Shown: positions 1 to 9,640 of the stretch, in pieces
Layout: the number at the start of each line of letters is the position of its first letter
How positions within the stretch are numbered: position 1 is the first letter of the stretch
Origin: Myxococcota bacterium
GTDB lineage: Bacteria > Myxococcota > Myxococcia > Myxococcales > Myxococcaceae
Reading direction: 5' to 3'
Length of the DNA stretch: 64,000 nt
NCBI GenBank assembly: GCA_049322255.1
Contig: JBMORE010000149.1
Coordinates: forward strand, 1-64,000
The notes under the pieces: generated by a model
Database searches by the model: none
Told to the model about the DNA's origin: nothing
The model's input: the letters and a program-made list of their open reading frames with translations, nothing else
Program-made: the position numbers and the translations under genes

Positions 1-148
1 GTTGCGCCCTGAAGTACCAGGTGTTGACAAGTCGGCCTTGGGTTGGACCGAAGTGAGCGCCGGATCGGCGGAATCGAACGTGCCGCATTCAACAGCAGAA
101 ACGGGTGGGCACAAAGGCTACCTGGGGCGAGTCGACGCGACCCCCAGC

Positions 149-194
149 CCTTCCACAGTTTTCCCCAGTCTTTTTCCACAGCGCCTGTGGGAAA
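149..194. promoter_or_regulatory. Cluster of four DnaA-box-like 9-mers
   Basis: CCTTCCACA (149-157), TTTTCCCCA (159-167), TTTTCCACA (172-180, perfect TTWTNCACA) and inverted TGTGGGAAA (186-194), in non-coding DNA downstream of mazG. Confidence 0.5.
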
Positions 195-209
195 GCGAAA
201 GACCTTGGG

Positions 210-1034
210 TCAGCCGCCCGCTTTTTCTCGGGCCTTGGCCTGTTGCCACAGCGCCTCCATTTCCTCGAGGGTCGCCTCACCGAAGGCCACGTTCCGCTCG
301 CGCAGCTTGGCCTCGATGTAGTGAAAGCGCTGGGTGAAGCGTCGGTTGGCAGCGCGCAGGGCGTCTTCGGGCGGCGTCTTGATGAAGCGCGCCAGGTTGG
401 CCAGGGCAAAGAAGACGTCGCCCAGCTCGTGCTCGAGCGCGTCGCGGTCGCCCGAGGCAATCGCCGCGTCGAGCTCGGCCAGCTCCTCGTCGACCTTCTT
501 GCGCACGCCTTGGAGGTCGGGCCAATCGAAGCCGATGCGCGAGGCCTTCTCGCTGAGGCGCTCGGCGCGCAGCAGGCTGGGAGCCGCGGTGGGCACGCCG
601 TCGAGCACCGACCCCTCGCTGCCGGTTTTCTTCTTCTTCTCCTCCGCCTTGAGCTTGGCCCAGTTGTGCAAGACCTGCTCGGCCCCGCTCACCATGACTT
701 CGCCAAAGACATGGGGGTGGCGGCTGACAATCTTGTCGGAGATGGCCTTGGCCACGTCGGCCATGCCGAACTCACCCAGCTCGGAGGCGAGCTGGGCGTG
801 GAAGACGATTTGGAACAAGAGGTCGCCCAGCTCTTCGCACAGCGCCTTCCAAGAGCCGCCGCCGACGACCCGATCCATCTCGTCGAGGACTTCGAAGGCC
901 TCTTCGAGCAGGTAAGGGCGCAGCGAGCGCAAGTCCTGTTCACGGTCCCACGGGCACCCGCCTTCGGCTCGCAGCCGGGCCATGATGCCCAAGAGCCGCT
1001 CCAACTCGCTTCCTGGAGAGAGCGCGCGCGTCAT
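210..1034 (-). CDS. mazG: Nucleoside triphosphate pyrophosphohydrolase MazG
   Basis: GCPWDREQ, EEAFEV, EELGDLLFQIVFHA, RHPHVFG and a second ELGDVFF repeat are typical of tandem-domain MazG. Confidence 0.95.
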   Translation of the reverse strand: MTRALSPGSELERLLGIMARLRAEGGCPWDREQDLRSLRPYLLEEAFEVLDEMDRVVGGGSWKALCEELGDLLFQIVFHAQLASELGEFGMADVAKAISDKIVSRHPHVFGEVMVSGAEQVLHNWAKLKAEEKKKKTGSEGSVLDGVPTAAPSLLRAERLSEKASRIGFDWPDLQGVRKKVDEELAELDAAIASGDRDALEHELGDVFFALANLARFIKTPPEDALRAANRRFTQRFHYIEAKLRERNVAFGEATLEEMEALWQQAKAREKAGG

Positions 1035-1143
1035 TCCCGCGCCCTATCAGACCTCTCCGGCTCTCCGATAGGGAAAGCGCGGGGGAGGAGAATGAACAAC
1101 CTCTACCGGTCGCACGGCACCTCACCTATCATCTCCCGCCGCG

Positions 1144-3273
1144 ATGCCCTCTCTGCCTCGCCTGCCTCTCCTGGCCCTCGCCAGTCTGGCGCTGGTCGCC
1201 GACACCTGGGCCCAGAGCGACGCGGTCAAGGCGCTCGAAGAGCTCGACCCCGACGCCAAGCCGAGGCCCTCCAAGGTGGCTCCACCCACCCGCCTCGAAA
1301 AAGGGGACGAAGACGTGCCCCCGCGTCCGGCTCCGGCCGTGGCGGCCCCGGTCAAACCGCCGCCGGCCAACAAAGAAGTGAAAAAGCCGTCGGAGGTGGA
1401 GAAGGCAGGGGCGCCCGCGCCGAAGCAGCAACAGCTTCCGCCGCCGCTGCGCGTTGACAAGGTCTCCGACGACGAGCTGTCGGCAGGGTGGGAGAAGCTG
1501 CGTGCCGCCCTCACCGCCCGTGACCTCCAAGCGATGGGCACCGCCCAGGCAGAGCTATTGAGGCTCAAGGAGGCGGCCGGTGCGTCGAACCTCGACGGGT
1601 ATGCGACGAGCCTCGTTCGGGCCGCCGACGCCCGCCGCGCCGCCGAGGATGCCGCGGGAACGGTCGAGCTGGCCTTGGCGGCAGCGGCGCTCGCCCCTGA
1701 CCTTCCCCTGGCGCGCTTCGCGCTCGCCCGTGCCTATTTTTTCGCCGATGTCTCCGAAGTGGGCCGTTACCTGGGTGAGCTTCGCCTGGGACTTTGGGCC
1801 ACTTGGAAGGACCCCCGGCACGCCCGATCGGCGTTGGGCAACCTGGGGGCTGCCCTCTTGGTGGCGCTGGTGGCCACGGCGGTGGTGGTGACGTCGGTGC
1901 TGTTTCTGCGTCGCTCCCGCTATTTTTTCCACGACTTCCACCACCTGTTCCCCCAGGCGGCCGCCCGCTGGCAGACCACCGCGCTGGCTCTGTTGCTCTT
2001 GGGGCTGCCCCTGGTGCTGCGTTTGGGCCTGGCTCCGGCGTTGCTTGCGCTCTTTGCCGCTTCCGCGCTCTACCTCTCGAAGAGCGAGCGCGTCGTGGCG
2101 GCGGTGCTGCTCTCCTCACTGGGGGCGGTCCCGGTGCTGGCGGGGAAGCTGGCGCATCTGGCCTCCTTCGCCGGCACGCCGGCAGAAGACGTGTACCGCT
2201 TGGAGCGGGGAGGCGTGGGAGTCGAGTCGATCGCCGCCCGCTTCGAAAAGCTGGCCGCCGAGGAGAAGCTGGGCTTTGCCGAGCTGTTCGCCCTGGGGCG
2301 TTACGAGCTTCGACGCGGCAGGCTCGAGGAAGCCACGGCCCACTTCCAGGCCGCGCTCTCCCGTCGCACCGGTGACGCCAGAGCGCTGGTCAACCTGGGC
2401 AACGCGATGTTTTACCGCGAGGACCTCGAGGGAGCGCTCGCGGTCTACGAAGGGGCGGCCAAGGCCGACCCGACGCTGGCAGCGGCCCCCTTCAACCTCG
2501 CCAAGCTGCGGGAACGACGCGCGGTGGTGCTGCCCCCCGACCGCAAGGCGGTGGAGCTCGACTTCGCCCACAGCGCTCTGTCCGCGGCGAAGGCGCTCGA
2601 CCCTGCGCTCGGCCGAAGGCCCGAACCTTCTGCGGGTAGCTTGCAGATGAACGGCCTGCTCCTCAGCCCCGGGCTTTCCAACCAGGAGCTGGGCGAGCTG
2701 ACGGCGGCAAGGCAGATGGGAGACCGGGTGCAAGCACAAATCGCCGCGCAGGTGTTGGGGTTGGGAAGCGACTCTCTGGGGCTGTTCTATCCTTTGGCGG
2801 CGAGCGTGCTGTTGGTGGGGTGGGGTTTTCTGGGCAGGGCGATGAACGCCTCCAAGGTGTGCCAGAAGTGTGGCCGCGCGGTGTGCCGTCGCTGCGACCC
2901 CGAGCTGGGGGCGGCGAGCACGATGTGCGCCCAATGCATGAACGTGTTTGCGCTCAAGGGGGTGGCAGCGCCCCCGCTCAAGGTGCGAAAGCAGATCGAA
3001 GTGGCGCGTTACCACAGCCGGCGTGACAAGCTCTCGTACCTCTTCGGGTTGTTGTGCTCGGGGGCGGGTCACCTCTTCCTCGGGCTGCCGGTGCGCGGCT
3101 CGTTCTACGTTTTCCTCTTCCTCTTCGCGGTGGCAGCGGTCTTCTTGCGCGATGGGCTATTGCGCGCGCCCTACGGAGAGCTGCCGGCAACGCTGACCCT
3201 GGCTCCGCTTTTGGCGGCGCTGGCGGCGGTCTACCTTTTCTCGCTGGTCGGGCTGTACAAGCGACAGGCCTAG
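1144..3273 (+). CDS. Signal peptide, TPR and multi-TM membrane protein with a Cys-rich (Zn-finger-like) segment
   Basis: N-terminal signal (ADTWA-Q), TPR-like repeats (ALVNLGNAMF, APFNLAKL), several TM helices, CQKC..CRRC..CAQC. Confidence 0.75.
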   Translation: MPSLPRLPLLALASLALVADTWAQSDAVKALEELDPDAKPRPSKVAPPTRLEKGDEDVPPRPAPAVAAPVKPPPANKEVKKPSEVEKAGAPAPKQQQLPPPLRVDKVSDDELSAGWEKLRAALTARDLQAMGTAQAELLRLKEAAGASNLDGYATSLVRAADARRAAEDAAGTVELALAAAALAPDLPLARFALARAYFFADVSEVGRYLGELRLGLWATWKDPRHARSALGNLGAALLVALVATAVVVTSVLFLRRSRYFFHDFHHLFPQAAARWQTTALALLLLGLPLVLRLGLAPALLALFAASALYLSKSERVVAAVLLSSLGAVPVLAGKLAHLASFAGTPAEDVYRLERGGVGVESIAARFEKLAAEEKLGFAELFALGRYELRRGRLEEATAHFQAALSRRTGDARALVNLGNAMFYREDLEGALAVYEGAAKADPTLAAAPFNLAKLRERRAVVLPPDRKAVELDFAHSALSAAKALDPALGRRPEPSAGSLQMNGLLLSPGLSNQELGELTAARQMGDRVQAQIAAQVLGLGSDSLGLFYPLAASVLLVGWGFLGRAMNASKVCQKCGRAVCRRCDPELGAASTMCAQCMNVFALKGVAAPPLKVRKQIEVARYHSRRDKLSYLFGLLCSGAGHLFLGLPVRGSFYVFLFLFAVAAVFLRDGLLRAPYGELPATLTLAPLLAALAAVYLFSLVGLYKRQA

Positions 3274-3280
3274 GTGAGCG

Positions 3281-4456
3281 ATGGCGCTGAAGGGAACGCT
3301 CAAGGACTTCGGAATCGCCGACATCTTCCAGCTGATCGGCCAGCAGCAGAAGACGGGGTTGTTGCACCTCAAGTCGAAGGACCAGGAGGTGCACATCGGC
3401 TTCAAGAACGGAGACATCGTCAAGGCGGAGAACACCACCCGGAGGAAGAAAGACCTCATCGGCAACATGCTGGTGCGTGCGCAGATCATCAGCGAGCAGC
3501 AGCTCGAGCACGCGCTGCAGAGCCAAAAGCGCACCCTGCAACGGCTGGGCGACGTCTTGGTCGCCACTCAGGCGCTCACCCCCGCGCGCTTCAAGCAGAT
3601 GGTCCACCTCCAGATGACGGAGACGCTCTACAAGCTCTTCTCCTGGAAATCGGGCAGCTACGAGTTCGAGCAGACCGAAGACGTCGACTACGACTCCTCA
3701 GCGGTCACTCCCTTGCGCGCCGAATCGGTGCTCATGGAGGGCTTCCGTATGGTCGACGAGTGGCCGGTGATCAGAAAACGCATCACCAGCTACCAGATGA
3801 CCTTCGCGCGGGCCAAGGAGCTACCCCCGCAAACGAAGCGCGACACCGACGATGACGAGCTCGACGCGGCCTTCGGCGAGGTGAAGAAGGAGGTCAACGA
3901 CGGCGAATTCAAGTCGATTGGGGAATCGGAGCGGCGGGTGTATGCGCTCACCGTCCCCGGACGAGATGTGCGCACGATCATCGATCAGTCCTGCCTGGGG
4001 GAGTTCGAGACCTGTAAGGCGCTGTGCAACCTGGTCAACTTGGAGTTTCTGCGCGCGGTGCCCGCGAAGGGAAGGGGCGAAACCATCGCCGTCGACACCA
4101 CGGTGCTCGAGCGGGTGGCGAGGGCAGTGGGGGTGGTGATGGTGACGGTGCTGGTGCTCGCCGGTCTGGCCTTTCTGGTGTCCCGGCTGAACCTCGACTC
4201 CTTACGGCTCTCGGGACAGCCCGCATCCTCCTACTCCGACCCAGCAGCTCAAAGGCTCGTCTCCCGGCACCAGCTTGCCCGCTTGGAGGCCGCCCTGGAT
4301 GTCTACCGCCTGGAAAAAGGTGAGCTTCCCGAGAAGCTCGAGGCGCTGGTGGAGGCCGGCCTGCTCGGCCCCAAGGACCTGCGCCACCCCTGGCGCGACG
4401 GTTATTATTATCGGCGAACCCAGAGCGGGTTCGTCTTGCTGCCGCCGTTGCGCTAG
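3281..4456 (+). CDS. DUF4388 (PATAN-like) domain protein with TM helix and GspG-like C-terminal domain
   Basis: MALKGTLKDFGIADIFQLIGQQQKTGLL is a DUF4388 start; LFSWKSGSYEF; TM; C-terminal LEAALDVYRLEKGELPEKLEAL...HPWRDGYYY. Confidence 0.8.
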   Translation: MALKGTLKDFGIADIFQLIGQQQKTGLLHLKSKDQEVHIGFKNGDIVKAENTTRRKKDLIGNMLVRAQIISEQQLEHALQSQKRTLQRLGDVLVATQALTPARFKQMVHLQMTETLYKLFSWKSGSYEFEQTEDVDYDSSAVTPLRAESVLMEGFRMVDEWPVIRKRITSYQMTFARAKELPPQTKRDTDDDELDAAFGEVKKEVNDGEFKSIGESERRVYALTVPGRDVRTIIDQSCLGEFETCKALCNLVNLEFLRAVPAKGRGETIAVDTTVLERVARAVGVVMVTVLVLAGLAFLVSRLNLDSLRLSGQPASSYSDPAAQRLVSRHQLARLEAALDVYRLEKGELPEKLEALVEAGLLGPKDLRHPWRDGYYYRRTQSGFVLLPPLR

Positions 4457-4486
4457 TCTTGCCAGGACTTTAGCTTTCCATTCGAT

Positions 4487-5464
4487 TTGAGTCGGCCCGT
4501 CCCAGTTTCCGTCGTCGTTCCCGCGCCCGCGACCGCCAAGGTCGATCTCCTCGACAACGACATCGCTCGTACCCTGGCCGGGGCCCAGAACGAAAATCTC
4601 AAGCTGGTCGAACGTCGCCTGGGCATTCGGGTGGGGCAGCGCGGCACCGAGCTTCTACTTTCCGGTCCGAGCGAGGCGGTGGCCTTGGGGGCTCGTCTTT
4701 TGCTGCAGCTGGCCGAGCTGCTCCGCGCCGGGCGCAGCGTCTACCGCGAAGACGTCGAGCAGGCCATCAAGGTGATGAGCCATGGTGAAGCCGACTTCAA
4801 AGACATCTTCGCAGGACCTGTGCTCGCGCGCGGTGGGCGGGCCGTCACTCCCAAGAGTCTGGCGCAGAAGCGCTACGTCGAGGCGATTCGCCAGCACGAC
4901 ATCGTCTTTGGCACGGGCCCTGCGGGCACCGGCAAGACCTACCTGGCGATGGCCATGGCGGTGGCGTGGCTGCAGGAACGCAAAGTCAAGCGCATCGTCC
5001 TCGCCCGCCCCGCAGTGGAGGCGGGAGAGAAGCTGGGCTTCCTCCCCGGTGACTTGGCCGAGAAGGTGAACCCCTATCTGCGGCCGCTCTATGACGCCTT
5101 GCACGACATGATGGACCATGAGCGCGCAGCCCAACTCATCGCCCAAGGCACCATCGAAGTCGCGCCGCTCGCCTTCATGCGCGGTCGTACCTTGAACGAC
5201 GCCTTCGCCATTCTCGACGAGGCGCAAAACACCTCGGTCGAGCAGATGAAGATGTTCCTCACCCGCCTGGGTTACAACAGCAAGGCGGTCATCACCGGCG
5301 ACACCACCCAAATCGACCTGCCGGTGGGCAAAACCTCCGGCTTGGTGCACGCCCGCGCCATTCTTCAGGACATCGAAGGCATCGCGTTTGCCTCTTTCTC
5401 CGAAGTCGACGTGGTGCGCCACCCCTTGGTTCAGGACGTCATTCGCGCCTACGAAAAGAGCTAG
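4487..5464 (+). CDS. phoH: PhoH-family ATPase (YbeZ-like)
   Basis: GPAGTGKT Walker [35 protein letters not shown]. Confidence 0.95.
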   Translation: MSRPVPVSVVVPAPATAKVDLLDNDIARTLAGAQNENLKLVERRLGIRVGQRGTELLLSGPSEAVALGARLLLQLAELLRAGRSVYREDVEQAIKVMSHGEADFKDIFAGPVLARGGRAVTPKSLAQKRYVEAIRQHDIVFGTGPAGTGKTYLAMAMAVAWLQERKVKRIVLARPAVEAGEKLGFLPGDLAEKVNPYLRPLYDALHDMMDHERAAQLIAQGTIEVAPLAFMRGRTLNDAFAILDEAQNTSVEQMKMFLTRLGYNSKAVITGDTTQIDLPVGKTSGLVHARAILQDIEGIAFASFSEVDVVRHPLVQDVIRAYEKS

Positions 5465-5517
5465 GCGATGCTGTGCGCCTTGAAAGGCGCAGCTCTTCCT
5501 CTTAGCGTGGTGGCCCC

Positions 5518-8028
5518 ATGCCCGACGAGCCGTCACCTGCGCCTGAGAGCGCGGGAAGTTCTGGTTCTCCCGGTGATGTGCGCTCCCCACTCGACGCCCT
5601 GGTCGAGCGGTGGAAGTTGCCCCCGGGGGCCACAGGCAAGCTGACCCAGGCGGTGTTGCTCTTGGGCGCTTCGGTGGGAGCGGCGTTTCTGGTCTCGCCA
5701 GGGTTGTACAGCCAGCAACTGCCCCAGCTCACCGCGGAAGACGTCGGGCGTCCCTTCCGCTGGACGTCTCCTTCGGGTTTCAAGGCGGGGCGTGATTACG
5801 AGATTGTCGACAAGGCAGCCACCGAGCAGCGCCGCGAGGAGGCCCGGGCCGCGGTTCGCCCGGTGTTCGACTACGACCCTTCGGTGCAGAGCAACATCAC
5901 CCAGACGGTGCAGCACGCGTTCGACGTCATGCAAGAGCTCGTCGCCCGTCACCACGACGAGCTCGAGGCAGGCAAGGCCGAGCACGGGACAAAGAAACGG
6001 AAAGACGAGGGAGAGAAGGAACATGTCTCCAGCTATCCCTCTGCGCTGATCGAGGCGCGCAAGGCCTTCGAGCTGATTCTCCCCGCCGTAGAAGACGAAG
6101 ACTTCGCAGCCTTGCTTGCGGCCAAGTTCTCCCGCGAGGTGGAGCACGCCACCTTAACCCTCATCGAGACCGCGTATCGGGCGAAGATCTCGATCTCCCG
6201 CGATGAGCTGTCGCGGGTGGGGGCGCAGGGCATCACCGTGCGCGTTCTCGGAGGCTCGAGAGAGCACCTCTCGGGGGTCGAGCCGCCCAGGGTCTTCGAC
6301 ATCTCTGAGGCCCAAAGCGAGCTCGAGCGCTTCGCCTCGGTGCCCGGAAATCTCCTGCCCGATTCGCCCATGACGGTCCGCCGCGCGGTGCTGCGGCTGG
6401 CCAAGCGGCAGATTCACCCCAATTTAACCATCAACATCGCCGAAACCGATGCCCGCCGGCGCGCCGCCGCCGAGGCAGTGAAAGACTCGGTCATCACCAT
6501 CCGCAAGGGTCAAAGAATTCTTGGGGACGGTGAGCTGGTGGGCGAAGTCCATTTGGTGATGCTGGCGAGCATGCGCGCCCAGACCGACCAGCTGGACGTG
6601 CTACAGCTGCAGCTGGGGGGGACCGGCCTGGTGGCGCTGCTCATCGGGGGCGTCTACGCCTTTTGCCGGGCAGCGTTCCGACGCTTCCGCCCTACTCGAA
6701 AGGACGCGCTGCTCCTGGGCCTTTTGCTCCTTGTCATGCTGGGGCTGATGCACCTGTGGGTGACGGTGTCCGACGCGGTGCATGACCGCTACGCCACCAT
6801 CCCCCCCGAGGCGCTCTACTTCGCCATCCCCGTCGCTGCGGGGGCGATGCTGGTGCGCTTCGTGCTCTGCGAAGAGTTGGCGTTGTTCTTCGCGGTCGTC
6901 CTGTCGTGCCTCGCGGGCGTGATGCTCAACAACTCGCTGTCTTTCGCCATGTACTCCCTCATCGGCTCCTTGGTGGCCTCCGATCAAATCACCCGCGCCA
7001 AGGACCGATTGGGCATCTTCCGGGCGGGGCTGGTCACGGGGACGGTCAGCTTCTTGGCGGTGCTCTTCTTCTCGCTGGCCGAGGGCAAGGGGGTCTCGGC
7101 AGAGACCTTTCTCAGCGCCGGCTTCGCCTTCGCGGGAACTTGCGTCGCGGTGCCGGTGATGGTGATGGCGCTCACTCCGCTCATCGAAGTCAGCTTCGGC
7201 TACGCGTCGGACATCAAGCTCCTGGAGTTGGCCAACTTGAACCACCCGGCCCTCAAAGAGCTCATCGTGCAGGCGCCCGGCACCTACCACCATTCGATCA
7301 TCATCGGGTCGTTGGTCGAGGCGGCGGCTGAGGCAATCGGGGCCAACCCCCTGCTCGCGCGCAGCTGCGCCTACTACCATGACATCGGCAAAGGCAGAAA
7401 CCCGCTCTACTTCGGAGAGAACCAAAAGGGAGAGAATCGACACGACGCGCTCGCCCCGGCGATGAGCGCGGTGATCATCAAGCGCCACGTCACCGAAGGG
7501 CTGGAAATGGCCAGGCAATACAAGTTGCCCAAGCTGGTGGCCGACGCCATTCCCCAACACCATGGCACCCGGTTGGTGGGGTTTTTCTTCCACAAGGCGG
7601 TGAAGGAGCAGGAGGGGAAGGAAAACCCGCAAGCCATCGACGACTCCATCTACCGTTACCCGGGCCCCAAGCCGCAGTTCCGCGAGGCCGCCCTGGTGAT
7701 GATTGCCGACGCCGTCGAGGCGGCCAGCCGGGCGATGCCCGAGCCGAGCACGCCCAAGCTGCAGGCGCTGGTGCACAAGCTCATCAACATGATTTTCAGC
7801 GAAGGTCAGCTCGACGAGTGCGACCTCACGCTCAAGGACTTGAACCTCATCGCCCATTCCTTCGTGCACACCCTCGAGGGCATCTATCACGCCCGGCCGC
7901 AGTACCCCCCAGGGGCGGTCGCAGCCAACACCAAGACCGGCCTGTCCGCCGAGCCGGTGAAGGCACCTCTCGCGGTGGCCAAGCCCCTCGAGGGGAAGAG
8001 CGATACCAAGCGCAGCGCGGGGAGCTAA
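5518..8028 (+). CDS. 7TM-HD (HDIG) phosphohydrolase, PgpH-like cyclic-dinucleotide phosphodiesterase family
   Basis: Extracytoplasmic domain, multiple TM helices, APGTYHHS, YYHDIGK, HHGT, YPGPKP, MIADAVEAA; lies between phoH and ybeY. Confidence 0.9.
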   Translation: MPDEPSPAPESAGSSGSPGDVRSPLDALVERWKLPPGATGKLTQAVLLLGASVGAAFLVSPGLYSQQLPQLTAEDVGRPFRWTSPSGFKAGRDYEIVDKAATEQRREEARAAVRPVFDYDPSVQSNITQTVQHAFDVMQELVARHHDELEAGKAEHGTKKRKDEGEKEHVSSYPSALIEARKAFELILPAVEDEDFAALLAAKFSREVEHATLTLIETAYRAKISISRDELSRVGAQGITVRVLGGSREHLSGVEPPRVFDISEAQSELERFASVPGNLLPDSPMTVRRAVLRLAKRQIHPNLTINIAETDARRRAAAEAVKDSVITIRKGQRILGDGELVGEVHLVMLASMRAQTDQLDVLQLQLGGTGLVALLIGGVYAFCRAAFRRFRPTRKDALLLGLLLLVMLGLMHLWVTVSDAVHDRYATIPPEALYFAIPVAAGAMLVRFVLCEELALFFAVVLSCLAGVMLNNSLSFAMYSLIGSLVASDQITRAKDRLGIFRAGLVTGTVSFLAVLFFSLAEGKGVSAETFLSAGFAFAGTCVAVPVMVMALTPLIEVSFGYASDIKLLELANLNHPALKELIVQAPGTYHHSIIIGSLVEAAAEAIGANPLLARSCAYYHDIGKGRNPLYFGENQKGENRHDALAPAMSAVIIKRHVTEGLEMARQYKLPKLVADAIPQHHGTRLVGFFFHKAVKEQEGKENPQAIDDSIYRYPGPKPQFREAALVMIADAVEAASRAMPEPSTPKLQALVHKLINMIFSEGQLDECDLTLKDLNLIAHSFVHTLEGIYHARPQYPPGAVAANTKTGLSAEPVKAPLAVAKPLEGKSDTKRSAGS

Positions 8029-8104
8029 GGTGCCACGCGCTGGCACGCCCAAGGGCGCTGACCAACAGGTGAAAACGGTCTGGTCCGGCAAAGAGGAGTT
8101 GCTG

Positions 8105-9622
8105 ATGCGTCGAGCCCTGCTCGTCGGTTTTTTTGTCCTACTAAGCCCGTCGTTCGCCCAGGCCGCCGACCGCTACGTCCGCCAGGGAGCCACCGGCGCC
8201 AACAATGGTACCGACTGGACGAACGCCTATGCCTCCGCTGCATCGTGTGAGACTGCCATGCAGCGGTCGGGGCAGGACGTGTGCTGGATTGCGGCCGGAA
8301 GCTACGGGTCGGTGACGCTCAACACCCCCAGCTCAGGAACGAATGTCTTGACGTTCCGCAAGGCGACGGTCGCCAACCATGGCACCGGCGTGGGGTGGAA
8401 CGACGGGTACGCCGGCCAAGCGACATTCGACTCCATTTTGCTCGGGTCGGACCATTGGATGCTCGACGGGCAGGTGCGCAACGAAAGCAACTGGGCCGAT
8501 GGACCCAGCTATGGCTTTCGAGTCACGTCCATCGTCGCCTCCACCGCTCAAACACCCGGGGTGTGTGCGGCGAACGTCGTCGTTCAATACTTCAACATCG
8601 GCGGGGCTGAAGGAACGACGTACACAGGGTCTGAACCCGGTGAGGCGATCTATCACGGGGGCTTTGACGAGACGTGCCGGAACTGGACCATCGCCCGCAA
8701 CTACCTTCACAACATCGCCTCGTACACCATGGTCCAGTTCGCCGGTACCGATACGGCGACCGTGGAATACAACCACTTTCGAAATGGCTGGGGAAAAGAG
8801 GCGATTCGGGGGCAAAACATCGCCCGCAATCTCGTCATTCGCTTCAACCAGTTTTACAACGCCTGCGGCAACACCGGTCTTCCGGGCGAGGGGTGTACCG
8901 CGGAGATCGCGAGCTGGGGAGGCGGCGCTGGTGCGCACGACAATCACCAGATCTACGGAAACTGGTTCTACCGTACCCGGCATGAGAACTCTGGAGGGAC
9001 CATCGTCGTCGGTGGTGACGGGGTGTCGTGGCTGGGCGCACCGACGAATGACACCCTGGTCTACAACAACACCGTCGCGGGGATTTCAGGTGCGGGCGTT
9101 GGCGGCAATATTCTCGTCAACGGAGGCAGCGGGAATATTTGTCGCAACAACCTCTGGTACGACACTGTCAGCTCTGGCGTCGATTGTACTGTCAGCTCGA
9201 ACAATACCCGAGTCACCAATAGTCCGTTCGTTGACTACGGCGCCGGAAATTTGCGTCTGAGCGGCCCTACCCCCGCTGGGACGATGCTGAGCACCCCCTT
9301 TAACAGGGACATGGACGGAATCGCCCGTGGGACGGACGGAACCTGGGATCTCGGGGCGTATGAGTTTGGGACTTCTTCTCCCCCCGTCGACGCCGGCTCT
9401 CCCGACAGCGGGACGGTGGACGGCGGGGAGGAGCCGGACTCCGGAACCCGCGACGCCGGTACCACCGATGCAGGAACACCCGACACGAATTCCCCCGAAG
9501 GCGAACCGCCTGCATCGTGCGGGTGCGCCACAGGTCGAGCGAGCTTCGCATATGTCCTTTTGCTCGGAGTGTCTTTGCTCCGCCGACGGCTGTGGATCAC
9601 GAAAACCACAGCGACACGATGA
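8105..9622 (+). CDS. Secreted beta-helix protein with choice-of-anchor-Q-like motif and MYXO-CTERM sorting signal
   Basis: ATG at 8105 after GAGGAG; signal peptide (AQA-AD); YVRQGATGANNGTDWTNAY; Asn/Gly-rich repeats; DMDGIAR...WDLGAYE; DAG/DSG linker; SCGC + TM + RRR. Confidence 0.8.
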   Translation: MRRALLVGFFVLLSPSFAQAADRYVRQGATGANNGTDWTNAYASAASCETAMQRSGQDVCWIAAGSYGSVTLNTPSSGTNVLTFRKATVANHGTGVGWNDGYAGQATFDSILLGSDHWMLDGQVRNESNWADGPSYGFRVTSIVASTAQTPGVCAANVVVQYFNIGGAEGTTYTGSEPGEAIYHGGFDETCRNWTIARNYLHNIASYTMVQFAGTDTATVEYNHFRNGWGKEAIRGQNIARNLVIRFNQFYNACGNTGLPGEGCTAEIASWGGGAGAHDNHQIYGNWFYRTRHENSGGTIVVGGDGVSWLGAPTNDTLVYNNTVAGISGAGVGGNILVNGGSGNICRNNLWYDTVSSGVDCTVSSNNTRVTNSPFVDYGAGNLRLSGPTPAGTMLSTPFNRDMDGIARGTDGTWDLGAYEFGTSSPPVDAGSPDSGTVDGGEEPDSGTRDAGTTDAGTPDTNSPEGEPPASCGCATGRASFAYVLLLGVSLLRRRLWITKTTATR

Positions 9623-9640
9623 GGTGAAGAGGATGCGCCC

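Noticed and set aside
8030..8056. GTGCCA-N5-TGGCAC palindrome and TGGCACG as a sigma54 site
   Set aside because: The -12 GC is not at GG-N10-GC spacing, and a 6-bp GC-rich palindrome is likely by chance.
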